Source of the DNA: an uncultured Planctomycetota bacterium
GTDB lineage: Bacteria > Planctomycetota > Planctomycetia > Isosphaerales > Isosphaeraceae
Length of the DNA stretch: 64,000 nt
Assembly: GCA_963823665.1 (NCBI GenBank)
Contig: CAWGMQ010000003.1
Span: 576,001-640,000, forward strand
Direction of reading: 5' to 3'
Shown here: piece by piece, positions 10,751 through 22,800 of the stretch
How the letters are laid out: each line of letters begins with the position of its first letter
Numbering within the stretch: the stretch's first letter is position 1
Made by a program: the position numbers and the translations under genes
Notes under the pieces: model-generated
What the model was told of the DNA's origin: nothing
Seen by the model: only the letters and a program-made list of their open reading frames with translations
Databases searched by the model: none

Positions 10751-10815
10751 CGGCCGGCCAAGCTTCCTCTCGATCCAGGCCAAGCGACTGACCCACGCTG
10801 AGTTTGAAGCGCGAA

Positions 10816-13800
10816 TCACGCGTCGGACCGCGACCCGCGCTTCCACCACGCCTGAAGTTCATCGCCGAAGGCCTGGTCGACCCCCAGCGCGCCGATCAGT
10901 TCGTTCTCGCCGGCGGATTGCACGTCGTCGCTGATGCCTGCCCCGGCTCGATTGCCGGTGCTGATCTTGAGTCGCGATTGCGGCGGAGCCGCCGGAGTGC
11001 TGGTGTTCGCGAGCGGGCGGCGAGTGGCACCGCTCGTGGCGAAGGCCGCAGCGCCCGGCAGAGAAGACGAAAGGCCAGGCGCCACATCGAACGCCACAGG
11101 GCCCGGTCCCGCTGACGTGGCGGAAACCAGACTGGTCGCCGTCATCATCGACATGCGGGTCACCTGGTTGTAGGTGGCGACGGTGCTGCCGCTCATCTGA
11201 AGCCGGTTAACGACCAGGGCATCTGTAATCTGCACGCTCCCGCTCAACGAAAGCAGGGCATCGGTGGCGTAGATCACTCCGGTCAACCCGAGCGCCCCAC
11301 TGCCACTGATCGAGACGGCAGTCGGATTGGTGCGCACCTGGAAGAACAGAATGCCGGCGTAAGTCCCAGTCGCAGGAGCTGTCAGGTTGACGGAGCCCGT
11401 CGTGTTCAGCGTGATGCCGCCGTAGGTCCCGCCGGTGCTCGGATAGCTGCTGCCGGCGTTGTAGATCATCACGCCGTTTCCGATCACACTGGCGGAATTA
11501 GCGACCGAGAATCCGCCGCCGGTGATGACGTAGACGCCTGGATTGAGAATCAGCCGCGTGCCGGTGCCGGAGACCTTGATCTGGCTGTAGATCCCCTGCG
11601 AAATGGTTTGCGAGCCCGCCGTCAAGTTCACCGACACTGCCGTGCCGGTGAGGTTGGGAACGGCCAGCGAAGCGAGCGGGTCGGCTACGGCCGTGATGTC
11701 CGTCGCGGGCGTCGGGCTGATCTTCGCGGTGCTCGCTACGGAAACCTTACCCACGACACCGACCGAAGAGGCGATGATCTGGGAGGTGCCCGTGAGGGTG
11801 ACGGCCGGAGACGCGGGCGAATCAACGATCAAGCGGCCGGGGATGTTGATGCTCGCGCTCCCTGAGAGGTAGACCGGGCCGGTGATCGTCGGACTGATCG
11901 TCGATGAGTTAACGACGTACACCGAAACGAGGATCGACTGCGACAGCGAAGTCGAGCCGCCTTTGAAGTCGTTGTCCCCGGAATAGGTCTCGCTGATCGT
12001 CTGTGGTCCAACCGGGAGAGTCGCGATCGACAGCGAGGCGGAGCCGCCGGTCAAGGAAACGCTGCCCAGGTCGTTCGCGGTGGTGACGTCGTAGAAATCA
12101 ACCGACCCTGTCGGCATGCCCGAGCCCGGAGCATTCGCGGCAACGCCGGCACTGAAAGCGACTGCCTGGCCGAAACTCGATGTCGTCGCTGATGAGCTCG
12201 AAGTGGTCGTCGTGCTGTCCTTATTCACCGTTTGCAGGAGCGGATTGCTCGTGTTGTCGCTCGCGAGCAAGCCCCCTGCCCCGGCGTAGAAAACCGTGAT
12301 CGTCGCCTGGCCGACAGGGAGCGGTTGCGATGGTGTGAACTGGGCACTGCCTTGAGCGTTCAGTGATTCGGTCAGCTCCGCGACTCCGTTGACCTTGAAC
12401 GTCACCATCCCGGTGGCAACGCCCACGCCGCCTGCCGGAGTGACGGTCGCCGTGAACGTGACAGGCTGCCCGTAGACCGACGTGTTGTCTGAAGTGGAGG
12501 AGGTAACCGACGTGCTGGTGGAGGCCGCCGTCTGGTAAATAGCCGATTGCATCGACGAAAGACCGTCCTTGTCTGTGACGGTGATGGTGACCGTTTCGGA
12601 GCCGGTGCCGGTGTACGTGTGCCCGACGGTGATCATTCCGGGGCTGGTCGCCGTCGGCTCGACGAGATACGGCACCTGAACTCCGCTTGAGTTCACAAAG
12701 TACGAGCTGGAGTCGAAGGAATAGATGGTGCCGTCACCCCAGTTGACGGTGACGAAGTCGTTGGGAGCGATTCCGGGCTCGGTGAAGGTATCCGAGATGG
12801 TCAAAAGCTGGTTCGGCACGTAGACGCCGCCGGCCAGCGGGGCCAGCGTTGGCGTGGTGGAGTTAACGTTGATGTTGAAGCTTGCCTCGCCGACGCCTCC
12901 GCCGTCATCGGCCACAAAAACTGTCACCGGATACCCGCCCTTGTCGGCGTAATAATGGCTGCCGGTGACAGTTCCGAGCGTCGGCACACCGGGCCCGCCG
13001 GCCTGGGTGATCATGACGGTCCCCTGGCCCGTCTGGCCGTCGCCCCACTCGATCGTCGCCGGGTAGCTTCCGGGGGTCGCGCCGGCCTCGAAGCCCGGAT
13101 CCGCGAAGGTCGCGCTGACGACGAGAGGGCTTCCCTGGTTGACCGTTTGAACTTGATTGGGACTGATCGTCACCGTCGGCGGGATATCGTTCACCAGGAG
13201 CGAGCCGGATCCTTCATTTCCCTTGCTGTCCGTGACCGTCACAGTGACCGTGTAGTTGCCGTGGCTCGAATAGGTGTGGGTGCCTGAAATCGATCCGGTG
13301 GTCGGTTGGCCGTCGCCGCCCGGTGTGTCGGAAGCCGTGCCACTGGAACTCTTGCCGTCGCCCCATTCGATTGTATAAGAATAAGTCTCCTGGTTGCCGT
13401 TTGTCGGGAAACTCGGGGAGCTGAAACTGGCGTTGATGCTGACCGGGACACCAGGCGACTGCGAGATGTTGGGGCCGGCGATAACGGTCGGGGCGACGTC
13501 AACGACCTTGACCGGGAAAGTCACCATCCTTGAGGTCTGAAACGGCTCGTCGGTGACTGTCATCGTCACGTTGTACTGGCCTGGAAAACCGAAGATGTGT
13601 CCGAGACCGATGGTGCCATGGTCGGTGGGAGTGGCGGGTTCGACGATGTCGCTCTGCGGAACGCTCTGGGCGCCTTGGCCGTCTCCCCAGTCGATGGAGA
13701 CATCGTCCGCAGCGGTCGCGGCGCTGTCGGTGAAGTAAACCTGACTGGGGATGAAGACGGACCCCACGGCGACGGTCTGTTCCGCAGTGGGTGCGACGAT

Positions 13801-16800
13801 TGCGACGGCCGGCGGGTTGACGGATATCGGGAAACTCGCCGTTCCCACGTTGCCGTCGCTGTCGCGGACGGAGACCTGAACTTGCGCCCCAATTGGGACG
13901 CCAGTGGTGTAGAGATGGGTCGCCGAGATCGAGCCCGTGGTGGCAAGAGGCGGGATGTTCTCGGCGGGATTGCCCGGGTTGCCCTGCGTGACCGTGACGA
14001 TCCCTGGGGAGCTTGTGCCGTCGCCCCAGTCGATCGTCGAGGTGAAGCTCCAGCTTGCCGCCGCCGTGGAATAGAACGGATCGCTGAAGGTCACGTTGGT
14101 CAAGGCAAACGGCGTTCCCGGGGTTACGGTTCCTGACTGCTTCGGCCCGATGGTGACGGCCGGTGGGACGGCGGGCACGGTGATGACCGTGTTGTAGTCC
14201 GTGTAGGTGGTATCTTGCGCGGTGATTCGGAGGCGGACGACAAACGAGCCGGGCTGGGCGAGCAGGTCGCTCGGGACGTTTTCTGAAGCATTGGGCAGAT
14301 TGGCATAGCTGACACCATCGTGCATGAAGGTGCCGTTGTCGTCGAAGTCGTACCTATAGGTGAAGCCGTCACTTGTCTGGCTCGGGGATGGGTCGTAGGG
14401 GTTGGCGAAGGAGATGGTGATGGAGCCATTCGGGTTCGTCGTGGTTGAAATCGTTGCGGTGGGGGCAGTGTCGTTCACCATCAGCGTCGTGGGGATTGAA
14501 GTGCCCGTCTGGCCGGCTACGCGCACCTGAGCTAGCATATTGTCATAACTAAGTTCGTCGACTCCTAGTTGGTTCCAGTTGACGGTGTCGGAATATGTGG
14601 TGTAGCCGTTCGAGAAGCTGGTCGTGGCGCCGGAGAACTGGACATAGTCGGGGTTTATCGGGGTGCCCACCAGATTCCAGTAGAAATCGCTCGCGGGTAC
14701 GTTGCCGGCGGCTGTGGCCTCGAGCGTGAGACTGCTGCCGGCAGAGATCACATAGGGCCCGGTCGTGGTCACGGAACCACTGCCATACTTGATCTGCACG
14801 CCCTGCGAAATGGAGGAAGTCGGGGTCGAGGTGAACGTCAGGGTCACGGGCTCGGGTGACGACACGTTCACAGGGATGTCGATCTCCGAACCCGAGACGA
14901 TGTGGTTGAGCAAGGTGCCGGCAGGGATGCCGGGTCCAGACACGGCCTCCTTCTCGTACAGGCTGGCTGCGCTCGACAATCCAGTCACCATTTCGCCGGG
15001 ATTCAAGGTACCAGTCAGCACGGTCTGACCATTGTTGTAATAAGGATCCGAGGCGATGAGCGTGATCTGATCGTTCGCGGCGGTCGTGTACGTGTGGGTG
15101 GCCGAGGTCGCCTGGCTGGGCAGTGTTTCAATGTCGGGATTGCTCGGCGTGCCGTCACCCCAGTTCACTGCCCAGCTCGTGACGCCGTAGTTCGCGCCAG
15201 CGGCTTCGACTGCCTTGAAGTTGTCGATCATGTAGGGCACGCCTACTATGGGGTTGCCGGTCAGGCTGAAGTTGACTGTCGGCCGTGCCGCGATGATCGT
15301 GACGGTCGTGTAGTTGGTCACCGTGCCGGTGGTGGACTCGACGCGGAGCCCGATGGGATAGGTTCCGGGGGTACTCAGTCCCAGGCTCACGAGAGTGGCC
15401 CAACTGACGGATGGGCTCAAACCGGTGGCGTCGGTGAAGTTGTTGTCGCCGTTGAAATCCCAGCCGGCTTGAATAATGGTTCCAGTGGATGAGCCGGTAA
15501 GCGAAAGTGGTTGGCCCTGTGCAATCACATATGGGCCACGGGCGTTGACCGCTGGTCCGGAGAAGCCATTCACACTCGTGATCGACGAATACTGAGTCAA
15601 GCCAAAGCCTTGAGCGTCTATTGCGCCCTTGGGCAAGCTCGGCTGCGTAACCGAATTGAAAAACTCATCGTAGTACAGGAGAGGCGCTGTTTGGCGGTCG
15701 TAGAATAGTGCGTCACTTCCTGTGCCGCCGGCGACACTGACCGAGGCGCTGGGGTTGAGCGCCGTTCCCTCGATCTGGGCCGTGCTATCACCGTTGCCCA
15801 GACTGATGAGGATCTGATCGCCCGAGGCTGCGGCGTCGAGCTCGACATCGTTGGTACCGTCGCCGGGAATGATGTCGAGGGTTGCGTTCTGGGCGGTGAC
15901 GCTAGCGGTGACGCGGTTACCGCCGGTGCCCGTCGCGTCGACGATTGTCTCCCCGGCGGGATCAAGCAGGTTGATTGTGTTGGCTCCCGTGCCGGGCAGG
16001 AGCACGAGATTTGTTGGGCCGGAGTTGGCGGAAGCCGGCCCGGTCGTGGCGCGATTGATCTCGGTGATCGTGTTGGGGGCGTTGCCCAGGATGATATCGA
16101 GCGTTTGCATACGCGAGTAGCTGAGCGACAGGGAGCTCGGAGTCGTGGTTGCCAAAGCGGTGAACGACGCGAGGCCGCCGTTGCCGGAGCCGATGCCGGC
16201 GGACGAGGACACGTAGGCGTTGTCGCTTGTGCCCGAAACCGCGACGCCGCTGGGAGCGGTGAGGCCGACCGCACCGATCTCGTCCTGGTCAACCTGGAGA
16301 GTACCATTTGGGCCGGTGCCGAAGACCGCCAGCGAGTTCTCGGTGCCGCTCGTGACGTAGAGATACTGGCTGTCGGGAGTGACGGCGAGACCGGTCGGAT
16401 CGCCGAGGCCGCGGATTCCTGCGACCCCATCTTGCAGCGTCTGCAACCAGGTGAGCGTGTTGGTGGCTGGATTGCGCGCGAAGAGCGTCAGAGTGTTGCT
16501 GCTCGCGCCGGCCACATAGACATAGTTTCTCGCGTCAAAGGGTTGCGGGAAGATCAGAACGGTCGAGCCGCTGGACGTGGCGGCCTGGCTGAGCGTGAGC
16601 GAGCTCGCCGAATCAACCTCGGCGATCGTTGTTCCGGCGGGGATACCGGCGCCGGTGACCAGCTCGCCGGTAAAGAAGCCGGCTGTTCGTGCGAGGCCGG
16701 TCACCAGCGTGCCGCCGTTAATGTTGGCGGCCTGCGCCGTGTCGTTGGTGACGAAACTCAGGATCGTCGAGCCGCTCATCGTCGCTTGCTGGCTGAGGAC

Positions 16801-19800
16801 GATCGATGTGGATGAATCGATCTCGGCGATGGTTGTGCCCGCGGGGATGCCGGCGCCGGTGACTTCCTCGCCCTCGATCAACCCGAGCGTTGTCGGGAGC
16901 TTGGTAACCTCGGTCGATGAATTCAGCGTGCCGGTTAGAGACTGGATGTCGCTGAAGAAGGAGAGGGTTTCCGATCCGCTGGCTGTTGCTGCTTTGCTGA
17001 GCGTGATCGAGCTGGGAGCGGAGAGCTCGCGCGATGGTTGTGCCGGCGGGAATTCCGTTGCCGGAGACGGGCTCACCGACGTAGAGGCTAGCCTCGCCCG
17101 CCAGGCCGGTCACGGAGGTTCCACTGAGCGAGCCGGAGAGGAAGGTGTAGTCATCGATCGCGGTCAATGGCTCCGGGCCGTTGCCGGTCGCGGTGTTGCT
17201 CAGTGTGATGGATGAGGAACCGGACGGGATCTGGGTAATGGTGGTGCCGAATGGGATGCCGGCACCGGAAATCGGCTCCCCTACATACAGACCAGCCGTG
17301 GTTGACAATTGCGTCACCGACTTCGTGCCGTTCAGCGTTCCTTCCAGCGCCGGGCCGTCGCCGAAGAAGGTTAGGTAGGCTGCTGCGCTTAACGTTTCCG
17401 ACTGGCTCAAAGTGAGCGACGACGACGAGTTGATGAGCGCGATGGTTGTGCCGGAGGGGATGCCGCTGCCAGATACCTGCTCGCCGGCGAAGAGGCCCGC
17501 GGTGCTTGCCAGAGCTGTGACGAGGGTCGAATCATTTAGCGTGCCAAGCTCAACCGTGTTGCTCGAGGCGGCGACGGAGCTGGCACCTTCGAGCGTGGTG
17601 GTCGAGATGGACTGGCCGACGAGACTCAGGTTTGAAGTCGAGAGCACGTCGATGGCGTTCTGGGCGGGGAGGGTGGCGTTGACGACCTGGCCATCGCTGG
17701 AAACGCTCAAGCTGCTGACGGAGCCGAGGCCAACGGGGCTCTGGAGCTTGGCCGTCAGTGTGTTCGCAGTCGTGCTGCCCTGGAATTTCAGGACGCCCTC
17801 TGTGCCGCCGACGAAGAGCTCGTCGGTGCCCGCACTGGAGCCAGAGACTGCAAGGCTGGTGACCGTGCCGATGCCCGGAGCGTCCTGCTTACCCTGGAAA
17901 ACGAGGTTGCCACTGGCACCGCGCGAGAAAATGGCGATCTGGGAACCGGTGCCGCTCGCGACATAAACATTCATGCCGTCCGGGCTGACCGCGAGCGCGA
18001 CGGGGTCGGACATGTTGACCAATGTGCCGACTGTCTGGCTGCCGGTGGGTGCCTGGGCGACCTTGTTCTGGAAGGATTGCTGCTGGCTAAGAGTCGCCGC
18101 GCTGGCAACCACCAGGAGATTCTGCGCGGTGTTGATACCGTAGAGGGTCTGGCCGTCGGGGCTCGAGACGACGGATTGCAGGCCGGGGATGGACGCGCCG
18201 ACGGTCGATGTGGGTGTCTCGAGATCGATATACTGAACACTGTCGCTCGTTAATTCCGCGCCCGAGATCGACTGCGTCTGGCCGCCGCCGAGTGATGCGT
18301 TGACGTAGAAATTGCCCAAATTCGTGGGAACGAGCGTCGCCCAGACACTGCCCGCTGGGAGGCCCGAGATCGTCAGGTCGGTGAGCTTACCGCCTGTCGA
18401 GAGGTTGGTTTCGACCCCTCCATTCAACAGGGCTTTATAGAAAGTCGATGTGCTACTGAGTGACAGGCCCAGCTCTGGATTTGCCAGTGCGACGGTGGTG
18501 AGATTCACGAAGTGCACGACATCGTCATTGGTAAAGTTGGGCATGCCTGAGGGGGCGTGCTCGCGGATGACCGCGACAAGTGCGTTCGAGGGCGCTTTGT
18601 TGATTGCGTTCCAGACCACGGAGTCGGACTTGTTGGAGACTGCGCCGAGCTGTGAAGCGGTTGTGTTCAGGAGGCCGAAGAGATCGGAGCCGTACTGGAG
18701 GCCGGTATTGTTGATGTTTGTGTCGGCGCCGGGAATCTCGGGTGTAGACGTTGTGTCGCCGGAGATAAAGGGGTTCAATCCAACGGGGCCTGTGAGAAGC
18801 AGAGCGCCGGACTGGTTGCCGGCGACTGCGCCCCAGTAGGACTCTCCGGAGACATCAAGGGTAAGATGGCTGCCGGTGACGGCCTGAGGTGTCGACGCAG
18901 GGACCACGACGATGGTCTCGGTGGCGTAGAACGAGGCGGGTATGGACGTGTCGGGCGAAATGTTAATTGAAGAGTATTCGAGCTGGTATGTGCCCGGTGC
19001 CGAATAGGCGTGAGTAAATGAGGAATTATTGAAGCCCGTTGAGGAACCATCACCCCAAGTGATGGACGGTATATAGTTGCCGCCGAAGTCCTGGGTGACA
19101 CTGAGGGTAAAGTTCGTGTTTTCGACGACGGTCACGGTGGGATTGGTATTGGAGCCGAGGATCACGTGACCGCCGCTGCCGCTCGGTGCGGTGGTGATGC
19201 CCGCTCCATCCGATCCGCCGGCACCCCCGGCGACGTTGATCGTCGCGCCGGAGTCTTCGAGATCACTTGCGCCCAGCCAGACGGTGCCACCGCCGCCTCC
19301 GCCGCCTCCGCCACCCGCACCGCCCGGTCCGCCGCTCCCTCCGATACCTCCGCTCCCGCCAGCGCCGCCAAAGCCGGCTGAAGCTGAGGTGTCGTCGAAT
19401 CCCGCTATTGTCTGGGGATACATATCGGTAATCGGGGTGGTATCGTTGGCGCTGCCAACAGGCCCGGTTGATGCCGCCGCGGTGCCGTTCGACCCTTGGC
19501 CGCCCTGGGCATCGAAGCTCCCATTCGAGTCGACGATCACGCTGCCGTAGGCATACAGCTCGAACGCGCCGCCGCCTGCCCCGCCGGGGCCGCCCGGCTC
19601 CCCGGTGCCGCCGGGGCCGCCCGTGCCGCCGGACTGGCCGGTGCCGCCCGTGCCACCGGTATCGCCATTGAGGTTGTTTCCACCGCCACCACCACCGCCG
19701 CCCCCGCCGCCTGCTCCCTGGCCGCCACCGCCCTGGCCGCCGCTGCCGCCGCCAGAGCCGCCGGCGAGGACCTGATTATTACCACCGTTGTTGCTCCCGG

Positions 19801-22800
19801 CGGCTCCATCGCCGCCGGTACCTCCAACGCTGCCGCTCGACCCAGTCACGCCCGGATTGCCTGGATTGCCGTTGCCGTTGTTGCCTCTCAGGAAACTGCT
19901 GCCGACGCCCCCGCCCCCGGCGGTGCCGGCGGAGCCATAAGGTGAGATCAGGTTTGTCCCTGGCGAACCTCCCGTGCCGGGTGTTCCTCCGGCCGCATTC
20001 CCGGGAGTATTGACCCCGGGATTTCCCTGGTTTCCCGTCGAGCCAGCCGAGCCCGTGGTTCCGTTCGATCCCCCTGTGCTCGCTTGATGGCCTGTGCCTC
20101 CCCCTTGCCCGGCAAAGAATCCGGGCCCGCCGCCGCTACCACCGGTGCCTCCAGGTCCGCCGGGGCCTCCTGTACCTTTAGTGCTCGTGCCCGAGATTGC
20201 AGCGCCTCCGGCTCCTCCGCCGGCCGCACCAATCTGCCCGATTGCCGAGGCATTGATGGTCGCGCCTGAGCCGACAATGATATTGTTCGCTACCAAGACC
20301 TCGCCCGGGTTGTTTCCGGTGAAATTGACCGTCGTGCCAGCCGGAATATATAAATCGCCTTGGAATACAAAATACGTATAGTTGTTTGCGTTGTAGGTGT
20401 ACCACGGCGTGCCGTTGAAAGTGCCAGCCGCCTTACCATTAATGGTGTCATGACTCGTGTCGAACGTGACCGTCACGCCGGCGCCGCCAATGAAGTTGTT
20501 CGTCGCGGGCACGTTGTACGACGTGGAAATGCTCGTCGGCGAGACGGCCGGATAGATCTCCTGGAGTACGATGTTGGCCGTCACGGCGCTGCCCGGGGTC
20601 CAGGTTAACTGGGTGAGGTTTGTGAGCGGGGTTGTGAGCGGGAAGTATTCAAGACCGGAGCCGGCCGAGACTGTGAATTGCTGCGGCGGTAAACTGACGC
20701 CATTGGCGTCCGTACCTTGGAACTGCACGGTAGTGGTCCCGCCGGATCCGGCGCTCAACATGACACCGTAAAACGCGAAGAGTCCACCGTCGGCATTGAG
20801 GGTGAGCGTGGTCTGCGGCGTGCTGGTTCCCACCGCCGGGGTCGCGCCGGGTTCGGGCTCGAGTGTGCCGCCTGAGCTCGAGAGCGTGAATGTGGCGGCT
20901 CCCAGAGTTTGGCTAAAAGACGTGAGGCCACCCGTCAGCGCGCCGAAAGTCATGATCTGATTGAACTGGCTGAAATTGTTGTAGGTGTTGAAGCCCTGCG
21001 GCTGGAGCACGCTCGCGCCGGAGACCAGCTTGACGTTATTGCCGTTAATCGTGGCGTCCGTCGCGCCGGAGAGATTTTGAATTGCCAAGGTGTCCGAGCC
21101 GCTCTGGCTGCCCAGGATCTGAACCGTGCTCGCTCCGCTTGAGGGGACGAGCGGCAGTCCCGATCCGGGGCCGACCAGAAGTGTCCCGTCGCTCTCGGTC
21201 CAAGCCTGCGCGGCGCTATTGGCGCTATCGTTGACGATCAAGCTCGAAATTCGGGAAAGATCTAGCTGTTTCAAGAAAGCCAGGGATGGATCGATCGCGC
21301 TGATCGTGGTGTTGTAGGGATTGGTCTGGAGATCGACATTCACGGTGTTCTGGCCAATTCCGCCGTTGATCTGGTCCACAGCGCCTGGGAGGCTGGAGGT
21401 ACCAATCTGCTCGATCGTGATCGTGTTGTCGCCGGCGTTATTCGAATCATCCGCGCCGACCTGATTGCCGGAGCCAGTCTGGGCGCGTTGATCGGTGTTG
21501 ACGGAAAGGTTCGGGACAGTTTCATCGATCGTGAGCGAGTTGATGTCGCCGCCCAGGTTGAGATTCGCTTGCTCGAAACCGGCGAAATCGACGGTCTGAA
21601 TAGGCCCGAAGCCTGTCAGCGCGACGCCGCCACCGGAACCGTTCAAAAGCGCCGCGGACATAGTCTGGGGAGAACTCGTCGCATCGAAGGTGACCGAGTT
21701 ATTGCTGCCGCCGGTGCCGTCCAAGGTGAGCGTGCCGGACGTCTGGTCGACGAGAACCGTTGTCGAGCCTGTCCCGGTATTGATCGTAACCGGTCCGCCG
21801 CCGCTCAAGGTGTTTTCGACCTGGATCTGGTTGCTGGCGCCCGAGCCGAGATCGACGTTCAGGGTGCTCAAGTTCCAGAACGTGATGGCGCCTGAGTTAC
21901 CCAGGGCGGCGATGCTGCTGGCAGAGAGAAGCGCCGACTTGCTTAGGTTTTCGCCGCTATCGTCAACGGTGAGTATGGCGGTTGAGCCACCGTCGATTGT
22001 GATCGGCGCGGTAAAACCCGCGAGGGTCTGTTGAGGAGGTATCTGGAATGTAATCAGGCCTGCCGTACCCGGGCTCTGGGTGGCGCCGAAGTCGGTGGCG
22101 AGCGTGGACGGGGACGGGAAGAGACTGCTCAGTAAAGTGCCGCTTGCGGGCACGGGGCCTTCATCGACGATCGAGAGGGCCGGCGGCGCTCCGCCCAGGT
22201 TGATCGTGTTGCTGCCTGATTCCGTCACGATCGTGGTGGGGAAGGCCGTGCCGAGCACATACGCGCTGTCGTTGCCGCCTTTCATGTCGAGCATGAAGCT
22301 CAGTGTCGACGTGGCGACATTTGCCACGGGGTTGGCAATCGTGAACTGCAGGCCCTGGCCAACCACGGCGGCAACGTTCTGGTCGGTAGCCTGCGACGGG
22401 ATGGCGGCCAAGACGATCGGATCGTCGGTGCCGGAATTGGTCTGGCCGGAGCCGAAAACATTGACGATGTTCTGTCCGGGGCCCTCGTTGAACATCACGG
22501 GAGCGTCGGGCGAGGCTGAGCCGGTCAGGCTCGCGTAGAGGTTCACGACGTTCGTTCCGGGCGCGCCGTTGAGAGTGGTCGCGGCCGTCGTGCCCGTCAC
22601 TGTAAAGGTGTCGTTGCCGCCGAAGCTTTTGCTGGGATCGTTCACGTCCAGAAGCTGGATGTCGGAGTAATTGATCGTTGCCGTGGGCACCGAGCTCTGG
22701 GACGGTGGCTCGGTCGGCTTGACCGTAACGGCGCTGGCGGAGACTGTGAACGTGTCGTCGCCGGTCGTGCCGGTGATATCGAGCACATTGTTGCTGCCGG

